Shown one piece after another: positions 1 to 11,454 of a DNA stretch of 64,000 nt. The notes beneath the pieces are model-generated. The model worked only from the letters and a program-made list of their open reading frames with translations, had not been told where the DNA came from and made no database searches. Positions within the stretch are counted from its first letter, which is position 1; each line of letters opens with the position of its first letter. The position numbers were made by a program, and so were the translations under genes. Origin of the DNA: Centroscyllium fabricii (Eukaryota). The DNA is taken from assembly GCA_051313645.2 (NCBI GenBank), contig JBNRSN020000005.1, positions 304,854,001 to 304,918,000 of the forward strand, written 5' to 3'.

Positions 1-53
1 AATTTATAAGATATTCTGGCGCTATTTATCTAAAAAGACTGGAGCCAGGCTTT

Positions 54-200
54 ATAGAAACATAGAAGATAGGAGCAGGAGTAGGCCATTCAGCCCTTCG
101 AGCCTGCTCCGCCATTCAATGAGATCATGGCTGATCATCCAAATTCCGTACCCCGCCCCTGCCCTCTCCTCATATCCCTATCGAGCCTGCACCTTATCCC
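54..200 (-). mobile_element. HE1-type SINE, 3' tail fragment (CR1/HER1-like tail)
   Basis: ATAGAAAC tail followed by GGAGCAGGAGTAGGCCATTCAGCCCTTCGAGCCTGCTCCGCCATTCAAT, the same tail seen in the full SINE copies in this window. Confidence 0.8.
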
Positions 201-979
201 CGATTTATGGTAGCTTTCGGGCAACATCTATTGTGCATGAATTTTGGTTTCCTCTTTATTATTGATTCTAGTATTTAGTGTGTTGCTGATGTACAAATGA
301 AAGAAAAACATTTTTTATCTCGGGCTATTTACTGTTTTTTATTTGGCAAGAATGCTTTCTCTTTCTCGCTAACGAGTGGAATAAATTGTTGGCCTGGTGA
401 TTTTCGGTGGAGTGTTTTAGATAACTGCTCTGCCCATTATAGTTGGACATGAACTCTTCTATGTGGCTGGGCGAACTTCAGGAACTACCATTATTAACTT
501 CAGTGCCTGTTAAAAATGTTTGCTTGTTGCCCGTGGTGATCAAAGTAGCCATACTTTGTGAGTTTTCTCTTTTAAAATTGAGAAAAATAAGTGTGCAGAG
601 CGAAGTGTGTAGTTTGTATTCGTTCCTGTTAATGTACGAACACTTCAATAACTTGTTCTGATCAAATCTTATTGTGACTTGTGAGAAGATAGTGTTTAGA
701 AAGACCGTTTAATTTATATAGACAGTGAAAAGCTTCCATTGTGTGGGACAGTTCTGCAATGCAGGTTTTGGTCACAGTCGACAATATTTGTATGGAATTG
801 AACTCAATAAATAGTTGCTTAACATCTGTTGCTTTGTGTATTGAAGTAATGTTTTGGGACTGAAATGCCCAATTTAAATAGTTCCTGTGCAAACTGTTAG
901 AGAACAGAAATGTTGATGAACTATGTGCTGTTGTGTACCTCTGATGTCCGTTCATATCTTGTTGAATGCAAACACAACT

Positions 980-1450
980 GGCCGTCTGGAGCGAGCAGGG
1001 GAGCCCGGAGGACTCGGGGAGCCGGCAAGGCGCCGGGCCGAAGGCGAGACCTCAGGCCTCCACGCGCTGCTCCCGGAGCTCGGCGGACATGGCGTCGGAC
1101 CAGGGTAGGCCCAGGGTCTTCCGAATGCGGGCCCCGGAGTCCAGGTTCCGAGAGGTTTTGGGGGAGCCAGAGAGGCAGGTCACAGGCGGAAGAAGGTCGG
1201 CGAGTGAAACAACAGAAAGAACTTTAAGAACCTTAAGAACTTTGCGTGCAGGAGAGGCCGGAGCGGTGCGAAAACGGGACTTGTGATTGATGGTGCTGGT
1301 GAGGTGGCTGCTGTCTCACGGGCTCCGAGCGTGTCGGGCAGCTTAGTGTTCTTTGTTGAGCGGTGCATTCGAACCGTGAAGAAAGCATTTCACTGTCTAG
1401 ATTACACTTATTGTATTTTAGTACGTGACAAATAAAATTGAAATTGATAT
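980..1450 (+). mobile_element. GC-rich non-autonomous retroelement-like insertion with a LINE-like 3' tail
   Basis: CpG-rich body ending in AAGCATTTCACTGT...ACGTGACAAATAAAATTGAAATTGA, resembling the TGACAATAAA/(TTGAA)n ends of the Rex1 copies here. The 5' boundary is approximate. Confidence 0.5.
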
Positions 1451-2574
1451 TAAACCCCCTAATCAATGTGAGCCTTGAACATGTGGCTAATGACCAATAT
1501 TCTGGGGGTTACGCATGCTTCTGTTCACAGCAAAATCATAAAGAATGTGTTTATGATTTCACTACAGATAGCGAGCAGAGGAAATCTTCCTACTGTGAGC
1601 TGTCGATGATTATGTGACTGCTTTACGTCCAACATTTGCAATTCAGTAACATGACAGGTTGTTTCTCACTAAATTCTCAGCATACCTTCCTCTGAACACT
1701 AATCTGCCTTGTACGTGTGCCAGATGCTGTTGCACTGCATGACTGAAAGTGGAAAAGTTTTTAATACTTGAGTACACCATGTAGTGTGGGGCTTGTTGTA
1801 AATCACAAAGTTCCATTTAGTAAGAATCTGATATTAAACCTGACTCCTCCTCCTCCTCCCCCATGCAAAAAGATATCAAAAGTAGTGAGATTTCTGCCCG
1901 TTGTTTTGTTCAAAATGTTGGGTAAAGATATCAACAGCTGTGCGTAGTTACACAGTGTCTTAAATGTCAGCGAAGATAAGCACAGATGCAATTTACTTGG
2001 AAATCAAAACTGAAATTATGTTGAAAGATCCACGTGTGTAACTTGCAAATATTCCTGTTGTAAATGTTGCCACAATGACCTGCTGAGTCAAGGATAGGAA
2101 GTTAAACCAGCCTGATAAGGTGCTGCTGAAATGTACATAGATAAAAGGAACTATCCCCAAGTCCAATGTCTTCAGAGGTTGACCTGGGTTAGTGAGAATG
2201 CATTGCTGATCATTGTAGACCATCACAACAACACAGCCACATCTAATGGCCTTCCATTCTAGCTTAACCTACCTCCGAGCCAGCCCCCGTAACCCTAAAG
2301 GCATCCGAGAAAGAGCCATTCGGAAAGATGGAAGCAGACAAACATAAGAACATAAGAAGTAGGAGCAGGAGTAGGCGATACGGCCCCTCGGGCCTGCTCC
2401 GCCATTCAATAGGATCATGGCTGATCCAAACTTCGACTCGCGTCCATTTCTCTGCCCGCTCCCTGTAACCCCTTATTCCCTTATCAGCTAGGAAACTGTC
2501 TATCTCCGTTTTAAATTTATTTAATGTTGCAGCTTCCACAGCTCTCTGAGGAAGCAAATTCCATAGATTTACTA

Positions 2575-3359
2575 CAGGTTGGGCAACGGTAATCCGGCAC
2601 CCGATAATTCGGCACCTTCAGTGGTCCGGCACGGATCCCGTTGGCCGGCCCACGTGATTCCAGGGACGCTCGCGAACCGCCAGCACTCCGTGATGCACGG
2701 GCCTCTCCCCGGCAGCACCCGCGATGCGCGGGCCTCTCCCCGGCAGCACCGGAGAGTCCCAGGACCGCGAATCCCATTCCCGCACTCTTTGCACCGTTCT
2801 ACGCGCGCGCAGCGGCCATTCTGACTGCTCTACGCATGCGCGGTGGCCATTTTGAATGGTCTGCGCATGCGCTCCTCGAATCTTCAGTGGTTCGGCATTT
2901 TCAGTAGTCCGGCACCGGCCTGGTCCCGAGGATAGAAACATAGAAACTAGGAGCAGGAGTAGGCCATTCGGCCCTTCGAGCCTGCTCCGCCATTCAATGA
3001 GATCATGGCTGATCATCCAAACCCAGTACCCCGCCCCTGCCCTCCCCCATATCCCTAGATCCCTATCGAGCCTGCACCGACACATATCCCACCCTATCCC
3101 CGTAACCCCACATATTCAATCCCCCTGACACTAAGGGTCAATTTATCATGGCCAATCAACCTAACCCGCACATCTTTGGACTGTGGGAGGAAACCGGAGC
3201 ACCCGGCGGAAACCCACGCAGACACGGGGAGAATGTGCAAACTCCACACAGATAGTCACCCGAGGCTGGATTTGAACCCGGGTCTCCAGTGCTGAGACAA
3301 CAGTGCTAACCACTGTGCCACCGTGCCGCCAGGATGCTGGATTAACGGTGCTCAACCTG
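2575..3359. mobile_element. Tigger/pogo-like MITE (CAGGTTGAG TIR family)
   Basis: TA|CAGGTTGGGCAACGGTAATCCGGCA ... TGCTGGATTAACGGTGCTCAACCTG|TA. The empty site ATTTACTACCCTCTGAG is visible in the sister CR1 at about 44742. Confidence 0.9.
2932..3327 (-). mobile_element. HE1 V-SINE, full length
   Basis: tRNA-like head (reverse complement GGCACGGTGGCACAGTGGTTAGCAC...GGTTCAAATCC), V-domain TGTGTGGAGTTTGCACATTCTCCCCGTGTCTGCGTGGGTTTC, CR1-like tail; AGGAT at both junctions. Confidence 0.9.
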
Positions 3360-4694
3360 TACCCTCTGAGTGAAGAAGTTTCTCCTCGTCTCAGTTTTGA
3401 AAGGGCAGCCCCTTATTCTAAGATTATGCCCCCTAGTTCTAGTCTCACCCATCAGTGGAAACATCCTCACCGCATCTACCCGATCAAGCCCCCTCACAAT
3501 CTTACATGTTTCGATAAGATTGCCTCTCATTCTTCTGAATTTCAGTGAGTGGAGTCTCAACCTACTCAACCTTTTTAGGTTGAAGCATCAAAATAAAGGG
3601 TGATAATGCAAAAATGTAATCGAGGAATTCATGGATTTGGGGTGTCAGGCGATGGCACTTTGGAGTTGTATGGTCTGTCCCCCAATAATTTGCATGTTCT
3701 GTATCTATATTATAGTCTTATTGTTTTGATGCGTTTAGATCATGGATATACTTCCTGGCAGTGTTACATGTGGGTTTTTTAGCGCTGCCTGCTCTGTTCA
3801 GCAGCTGTTGTGGCCCAGAAGCAGCAACTTTCAGCCAAGCAGTAAAAGCAATACATGATGCTGGTGCCAGAGGTCATTCTGCTGTGGCTCACAGACCTGT
3901 CATAAAGAACAGTATGGAGTACTTTTTAATAATTGTCCACATACAGTACTTAAAGCGTAATTAAAAGAAATACATGCTTTGTGTCTTTTATTGTTCACAG
4001 AAGTTGGATATTTTTTTCTTTTTCGACAAAAAAAAAAGTTGCTAAAATGAAGCTTTGTGTTTTAGTAGATGCACATGGCTGGCTATCAAACTTAGCACAA
4101 TCAAAACAGCTGGACAAAGTGGGTAATCAAGCTAGTGAGGCAGTTAATGGCACTATTTCAAGAATGTAATTGGAAAGAAATTGCTCAAGGCACAGAACAA
4201 CTAATGTCACTTACAGTTGTGATTTATCAGGAGTGCAGAAGGACGGAGATTTAATGGGAGACTTGCAAGATTTTAGAACTTTCTTTAAAAAAAAAAAAGA
4301 AGCAAGTTCCTATTTCTCGGTGGGCTCTCCGTTCAAGTGCGGCAGGAAACTGGCATCAAGTGCCCTGCACAGATCTGATTTTAGCTGAGGAGTTTTGCAA
4401 GGCAGTTTTCCTTGATGCTGTGCCATTGATGGCACTGCTAATATAAATAATCTGACTTTGAGACCCAGTGACATCAGAGGCACTTTTACATCAGAAGTGC
4501 TTGTTTAGTTCAGATCACAGGAGAGCAGTGTCTGTGTGCCACATCTACATTGTTGAAACTGCTCCCTTTATCCCAGCATGGGGGACTGGAGGTGGCGGGG
4601 GGGGCGGGGGGCGGGCGGGAGGGGAGAGGGGATAGTTCAGTCAGCAAAGACAATTTTTGAAAGATGGGTTATATTCTTGGCCTAGATTTTTGTG

Positions 4695-4849
4695 ATAATG
4701 TGGAGGTGCCGGTGTTGGACTGGGGTGGACAAATGCAAGATGTCACACAACACCAGGTTATAGTCCAACAGTTTTATTTTAAATCACAAGCTTTAGGAGC
4801 TTTTGCCCCTTCGTCAGGTGAAAGAGAGAGACCGACTTGAAGAATGCAC
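4695..4849 (-). mobile_element. Penelope family A 3'-terminal fragment with a degenerate hammerhead
   Basis: Matches the terminus at 14619-14770; ATTTTTGTG is repeated at 4686-4694 and 4850-4858 (TSD). Confidence 0.8.
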
Positions 4850-5441
4850 ATTTTTGTGGTTTGATGAATTCTAAGACAATGTAGGTGTATGAGGTGGGCA
4901 GAAGTAGAAAGCACAAAAAGGCAAATTTTCAGGTATGAAATATTTGTATTGCTATGTATTTTCAACATTTGTAGTTCCCCCCCCCCCCCCTCCCCTTTTT
5001 TCTCTTAACATTTGAGGGGACTGAAGGTCTTAATGCATTTAATATTTGTAAAAAGTATTTGTTTGAATAGCAATCTGTACTTGGTGTTGAGAAGAGCATT
5101 TGGGGGCCGTATTTTGCACAGCAAAAATTTCTTTAAAGAAATTGCTGCCGTGAAACAGGATGTCTTTACTTTTAATTTTGCCAAGATTAATGTTGCGTTG
5201 AATGGAGGAAATGTTTTCCTTATCTTCCAAGTGGTTCATGCAGTTCACTGTACATGGTTGCTGCAATTTTTTAAAGGTGGTTGGGGATCTAATTTTTTAG
5301 GCTGAATTTTAACAACAAAATTGACAATTAGGCAAAAGATTTTGTATGATTCATAAACAGTGATCACATTAAACCATTGGGAGAAATTTTACATTCTTTG
5401 CCGTAAAAGTTTTGGGAATTATCTGTACGAGCTGCCTTCTA

Positions 5442-6851
5442 CAATTCAATTCAATTCAATTCAAGTTTTATTGTCATTGCAGAGTACCAGTACAATACAA
5501 CGAGACGAAGACTCGACTCTCCCGAGAGTAGTGCAAATAAAATAAATAAATTACATGCAAAATGCATACAGTAGAGTACATTATCAGGCGTGCAGGTACC
5601 GGAGTTTCTTTTTAGAGTTCAGGAGGCTGACCGCCCTGGGGAAGAAGCTGTTTTGAAATCTAGTCGTGCGGGTGCAAATTGCTCTGTAGCGTCTCCAGAG
5701 GGGCGAACAGACTGTGGCTGGGGTGTGTGGGGTCTTTAATAATGTTCAGAGACCTCCGTAAGCAGCGTTTGAGGTAGGAGCGTTCGATTGACGGTAGCTG
5801 AGTGCCGGTGATTCGTTGGGCAGTTTTGACTACCCGCTGCAGGGTTTTCCGGTCCGAGATAGTGCAATTACCATACCAGACAGTGATGCAGCTTGTCAGT
5901 ATGCTTTCTATTGTGCAGCGGTAGAAGTTGGAGAGGATGCCGGATGACAGCCTGGCTTTCTTCAGCTTCCTTAGGAAGTACAGGCGCTGTTGGGCCTTCT
6001 TAACCAGAGAGGAGGTGTTTAGTGACCAGGAGAGATCTTCCGAGATGTGGACCCCGAGGAACTTGAAGCTGGACACCCTTTCCACCTCAGCCCCTTGGAT
6101 GAAGATGGGGGTGTGTCTTCTGCTTCCAGTCCTCCGGAAGTCCACTATGATCTCCTTGGTTTTCTTGGTGTTCAGTGCCAGGTTGTTGTCGGCACACCAA
6201 CCCACAAGGCGCTGGATCTCATCCCTGTAGGCTGACTCGTCGTTGTTGGTGATCTGGCCAACCACCGTGGTGTCATCCGCGAACTTGATGATCGTGTTGG
6301 AGCCATGGACAGCCGCACAGTCATGAGTGAAGAGGGAGTAGAGGAGGGGGCTGAGCACACAACCTTGTGGGGCCCCCGTGTTCAGGGTAAGGGGTGGGGG
6401 AGGTGAGGTTGCCTAACTTCACAGACTGTGGTCTGTTGGTTAGGAAGTCCAGGGTCCAGTTGCAGAGGGAGGTGTTCAGGCCGAGGGTGAGGAGTTTGGT
6501 AGACAATTTGCTGGGGACGATGGTGTTGAATGCTGAGCTGTAGTCAATAAACAGCATTCTGATATATGTATCTTTGCTATCCAGGTGGTTTAGTGCAGAG
6601 TGAAGAGCCGTAGTGATAGCATCCTCTGTAGATCTGTTCCCACGGTAGGCGAACTGTTATTGGTCCAGGGCGGCGGGGATGCTGGCTTTGATGTGGGCCA
6701 GGACCAGCCGCTCGAAACACTTCATGATAATGGGTGTAAGTGCAACAGGGCGGTAGTCGTTCAGGCACGTCACGGCCGTTTTCTTGGGCACAGGGATGAT
6801 GGTGGCGGTTTTGAAGCAGGTAGGGACAGCTGCCTTCGCCAGTGACAGGTT
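5442..6851 (-). mobile_element. Rex1/Babar LINE, 5'-truncated, frameshifted RT
   Basis: (TTGAA)n tail; peptides [66 protein letters not shown] and FKFLGVHISEDLSW. Confidence 0.92.
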
Positions 6852-7116
6852 GGGGAAATATATAACTCCTGCTGGCTCGAGGCTCTGATGGAGATTAAAA
6901 ATAAAAAAACGAAAAATGCGGACATGCCCGCAAAGTTTCAACTGGTACCTGAACCATCCAGACCCCTTGGGCTGTGCTGAGCAAGCTGATCTTAGCCAGT
7001 GTAGTGATGATTCTTTGAAAGGTCACACCTGAGTTCTAATGAAGAATCATAACTAAAACTTAAAAAAATTCAAGTGCTGATAACTCATTTCCAACATATT
7101 TTGTTGTATTATAATA

Positions 7117-7493
7117 CAGGAAACTCTTCTTTATCCGGGCCCGGCGTGGTGCCGGTTTATCAAAATGTCCGGATTACAGAGAGTTATAGTTAAAAGGTAC
7201 GAGAGCCCCGTGCACAACAACAAATCCAGGTGTCCCTGTCGCTTAGCAATAGGTGCTGGAACACTGGCCAGAAGATCAGGCATCCCTGTTGCTTAGCAAC
7301 AGGTGCAGGAACCCCGGCCAGAAGATCAGGCGTCCCTGTTGCTTAGCAACAGGTGCAGGAACCCCGGTTACACGGCCACAGATCCAGGAACAGCCACTAA
7401 TATGAATTAAAACTTACCTGAACCTACTCTTGAATTTTGCCGGTTAACAGAGATTTCCAGTTATTTAGGTGCCGGTAAATCGCGAGTTTCCTG
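7117..7493. mobile_element. Tigger/pogo-like MITE (CAGGAAACTC TIR family) with an internal 50-bp tandem repeat
   Basis: TA|CAGGAAACTC ... GAGTTTCCTG|TA; three 50-bp units at about 7227-7367. Confidence 0.88.
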
Positions 7494-8621
7494 TAATGTG
7501 CAAGTGTTTTTTCCTGAGGTGAATGTTTACTGAAGCTGGGTCTGCTATGTATTTTCAGCATGTGTAGTTTGTTTTTCTCCTTTTTCTCTGAACATTTAAT
7601 AACCACCTTTTGAGGAGAGTGAAGATCTTAATGCACTTAACCTTCTATCATACTTAAGATTATAAAAGATACCAATAATGTTTTAGTTGCATGCTATCAT
7701 ATTTGCCGAAACCACCAGCCTTATCCAGTCACTGAGGATCAGGTGCAGCGCCAGTCTTGGTTGAAATCACACTGGTCTTGTCTGTCACTGTACCATGCAC
7801 TGCCAGAGAAGCTAGGTCAAGCTGCAGGCGGCTGGAAATGCACAGCTGCAGCTTTCCGAAGTGATGAGGCCTGGGTGGGGGGTGGGTGGGGGGGGGGGGT
7901 GGCGGATTTCTTTTGATGTGCGTTTTTTTTTTAAAGTAACAGTTTCATGTATTGTTCGTCAAAAAAGTGAAGCCCGCTCAACATTTAAAGCTTCCTTTAT
8001 TTGAATTTTAAGTGACAAAGTAACATTCTCCACAAAGGGCGATTTTATTTATTCCCAGTCTTCCAACACCCCGATGATGCTTGCTTGTGCTGGGCCATGG
8101 TTCCTTTGCAAGGCAGCTGTCTTAACATCATGCCCAATTGATCATTATTCAGAGGTGAACCTGGGCAGCGAGTTTGCAAGGCGATTTGACAGTGGGCTTG
8201 GGATATCATCGTCGAGCCCCATCCTTCGCCCATTCATGGTCTGCATGCACAATTCGCAGCAGGAATCACTCGATAGTGATTGTGAATGGGAACCCAGCCG
8301 GATGGTTTTTCTCCCCTCTTCCTTCTTACGCACCACAGTGCAGGAGTACTGAGGCCATTAGTAGCGCCACTATTGCCACCTCTTCTGACTCTCCACAGAC
8401 TCATGATTGAAGGGAGGACCTTCCGGATTTGCTTGGCTTAGAATCACAACTGGTGAACCACATCTCACTGATCCACGGGGGAAACTCCTGTATTTTGAAA
8501 ATTTTACTTCACTTTAATTTTTATAATTTATTTGTATTGGGGGAAAATATGAACAGAAGCTGAACTGGGATACCATGGCAGAAATTAGAACTATTATTGA
8601 AACCCTCATTCCACTTTAGTC

Positions 8622-9154
8622 CAGGAAACTCTTTGGTATCCGGCACCGATGGGACCGGCTCGTTGCCGGTTGATCAAAAATTCCGGATGACGGAGAGGGT
8701 TATCTACCGAGGCGAGTTTTAACAAAGAAAAATGTAAAAATCAAGAAATGTGCAGTATACAGTAATTGGGTACTCGCTTACAGAATGTTGTGTTAAATGG
8801 ATGGTGGAAGATGCTTGATTAAGTACAGTACTGCCAGTTGAGGGTAATGCAATGCAGTGACTACCAGCAGTGTGGGAGACACCCAGTACCCCCGTAAAAT
8901 GACAGATCAGAAGATACTACCGGCAGGACCGGAGAGTCCGACTCCTGTTACAGGGGCATTGAAGTGTTCTGACTCCCAACAGCGCCAAGAAGCCGAGTAG
9001 TGGCAGTTTGGAGAACTACCCCCACTGACTAACTCGGCCACCACAGGAGACTCGGCAACATTGCTGGTTATTGAGGTGTTATTTTCGGATGAGAATTTTG
9101 CCGGTTAATAGAGAATTCTGGATATTTAGGTGCCGTTTAAACAAGAGTTTCCTG
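8622..9154. mobile_element. MITE (CAGGAAACTC family)
   Basis: CAGGAAACTCTT ... AAGAGTTTCCTG|TA; the interior is shared with 43449-43791. Confidence 0.88.
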
Positions 9155-9694
9155 TATTTCCCAAAAGATATTGTGCACCAGCAGAAAGGTATCTGTATAG
9201 TTATGGGCATCTTAGAAACTGGTTCCTTCTCTTTAAGGTATTTTCTCACTCTTTGGTTTCCTGCATCAGTATTCATTTGCGGTCAGAAGGGTAACTCACC
9301 TGCTGGGCTACTGTCAGTATTGTTCAGAGGCTTGCTTTGAGGGTGTACTCAAGTGGCCTGAGGTGATTTTCAATTCCTCCCTGTGGGAAATCTGTTCATC
9401 ACTCTCCATGATGGCATGGCAGAGGTTGGCAACTCTGTGTGAGCTGCGCACCTGTGTCCTAATCCACTGGGTGGCATGGTAGACTGGCACTATAACATTC
9501 TGTGCCACTGCCCTCAAGCCAGCACAGTTTTTTTTAAAATATAAAGTGTTTTATGATGATGTGTGCGGTTGGTCAAAACATTGAACAAGTAAAAATTTGC
9601 TCCAGTCCTGAGAGTCTGCTGTCAGTCACTGCCTCATAAAGCCATATGCTTAGCCTGGCAGTAGAGCAAGATAGTCATGATATCTATGGTGATG

Positions 9695-10700
9695 GAATCG
9701 TGGAATCATAGAATATTGCAGCACAGAAGGAGGCCATTCGACCCATCGTACCTGTGCTGGTTCTTTGAAAGAGCTATCTAATTAGGCCCATTATTTCGCC
9801 ATAGACCTGCAAATGTGTCCGTTTCAACTGTACACGGTTGAGCACCGTTAATCCGGCACGGTCGAGACCAGGACCGTGCTGAATTTTTGAAAACTCCGAA
9901 TGATTGAAGTTCGGCAAGCGCATGCGCAGACCATTCAAAATGGCCACCGCAAAATTTTGAATGGTCTGCGCATGCGCTCGCCGAAGCATAAATCATTCGG
10001 GGGGCGGCCCGGGCATGCGCAGCCAAGTGCGGCGGCCTCATTGCGCTTGCGCAGACCAGTCGAGGAGGCCTGGGCATGCACAGCCACGCGCGGTGGCCAT
10101 TTTGCGCATGCACAGGGCAGTCGGGTAGAGACCTGGGCATGTGCAACCAAGCGCGGCGGCTTTATTGTGCATGCGCAGACCAATCGGAGAGGCCCAGGCA
10201 TGCGCAGCCACGCGTGGCGGCCATTTTGCGCATGTGCAGACCAGTTGGGCAGTCGGGGAGAGGCCTGGGCACGCACAGCTAAGCGCGGCGGCCATTTTGC
10301 GCATGTGCGCACCAGTCGGCCAGATTTGTGCCGGATGTTTGTAGTTGCCGGACAAACAGTGTCCAGATTAACGGTGCTCAATCTGTATCGTCAATTACCG
10401 TTTGAAAGTTACTATTGAATCTGCTTCCGCCTCCCTTTCCAGGTCATCATAACTCACAGTCCAGATCATCATAATTCGCTGTGTAAAAAAAAAAAAAAAA
10501 AATTTTTTTAATTCTCATCTCCCCTCTTTTCCCAATTATCTTAAATTGGTGTCCTCTTGTTACTGACCCACCCTCCAGTGGAAACTGTTTCTCTTTATTC
10601 ACTCTCTCAAAACCCCCATAATTTTAAATCTCCCTGTAACTGTTTCTGCTACAAGGAGAACAATCCCAGCTTCTCTTGTCTCTCCACATAACTGAAGTCT
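9695..10700 (-). mobile_element. Old CR1 3' remnant interrupted by a MITE
   Basis: GAATCATAGAAT...CACAGAAGGAGGCCATTCGACCCATCG tail; decayed CR1 C-terminal sequence resumes after 10387. Confidence 0.65.
9833..10385. mobile_element. MITE (CAGGTTGAG family) with a GCGCATGCGC/GGCCATTTT repeat core
   Basis: TIRs GTTGAGCACCGTTAATC / GATTAACGGTGCTCAATCTG with TA flanks. Confidence 0.88.
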
Positions 10701-11207
10701 GCCTATTTGAGCAGTCTGTCTATGTCAGATAAAAATGAAGCTCTCTCAAATCAGATGCCTTGAGCTGAAGTGGTTTTTGACCGTGTGTTTTCGGAAAAGT
10801 TTAGAAGAACAAAAATGAACTGTTCTGACTTATTGATTGCATTGTTGTGCATCATGTTGGGGGCAATGGCGCCCCTAAGCATGCGGGGCCGCTAGCAAAT
10901 GTAAAGGGACCGCACGCTTAGATTGTAACTTGGAGGAAACATTGGTTGAGGGATAGCCGCGGTGCTTGGAATAATATGGAGATATTTTGAAAGAGGGTGA
11001 TATGGGTTGGGGCTGGATTGGGGCTGTTGTGCTGTGAAGACAGACTGAGGGAACATCAACTCTTCCCTCAAAAACTGGCCAGGCCTGACCCACGTGCTGT
11101 AAATAACGAAGGAGTGACCCAGAGAGATGCTTGGTGGTTCTCCATTTCAAAATGAGATAACCCAGTGAGTTATAAAGTTTTTTTCCCCTGCCCCTCTCAT
11201 GGTTATT

Positions 11208-11454
11208 AACATAGAAACATAGAAGATAGGAGCAGGAGTAGGCCATTCGGCCCTTCGAGCCTGCTCCGCCATTCAATGAGATCATGGCTGATCATCCAAA
11301 CCCAGTACCCTGTCCCTGCCTTGTCCCCATATCGCTCTCGAGCCTGCACCGACACATATCCCACCCTATCGCTGTAACCCCACATATTTAATCCCCCTAA
11401 CACTAAGGGTCAATTTATCCTGGCCAATCAACCTAACCCGCACATCTTTGGACT
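11208..11454 (-). mobile_element. HE1 SINE, 5'-truncated
   Basis: Tail and body match 2932-3180. Confidence 0.88.

Larger units (their letters stand above)
2341..3572 (-). mobile_element. CR1 LINE 3' fragment, interrupted by a MITE that itself carries a SINE
   Basis: (AACATAAG)n tail; minus-strand peptides LPQRAVEAATLNKFKTEIDSFL and MRGNLIETCKIVRGLDRVDAVRMFPL...TRTRGHNLRIRG typical of the CR1 ORF2 C-terminus. The uninterrupted version of the same sequence is at about 44525-44960. Confidence 0.9.

Noticed and set aside
421-513. Possible host exon after TTTTAG (ITALPIIVGHELFYVAGRTSG...); similar candidates at about 37565 and 60686
   Set aside because: No recognisable protein, in-frame stops before any good donor site, and no supporting neighbouring exons.
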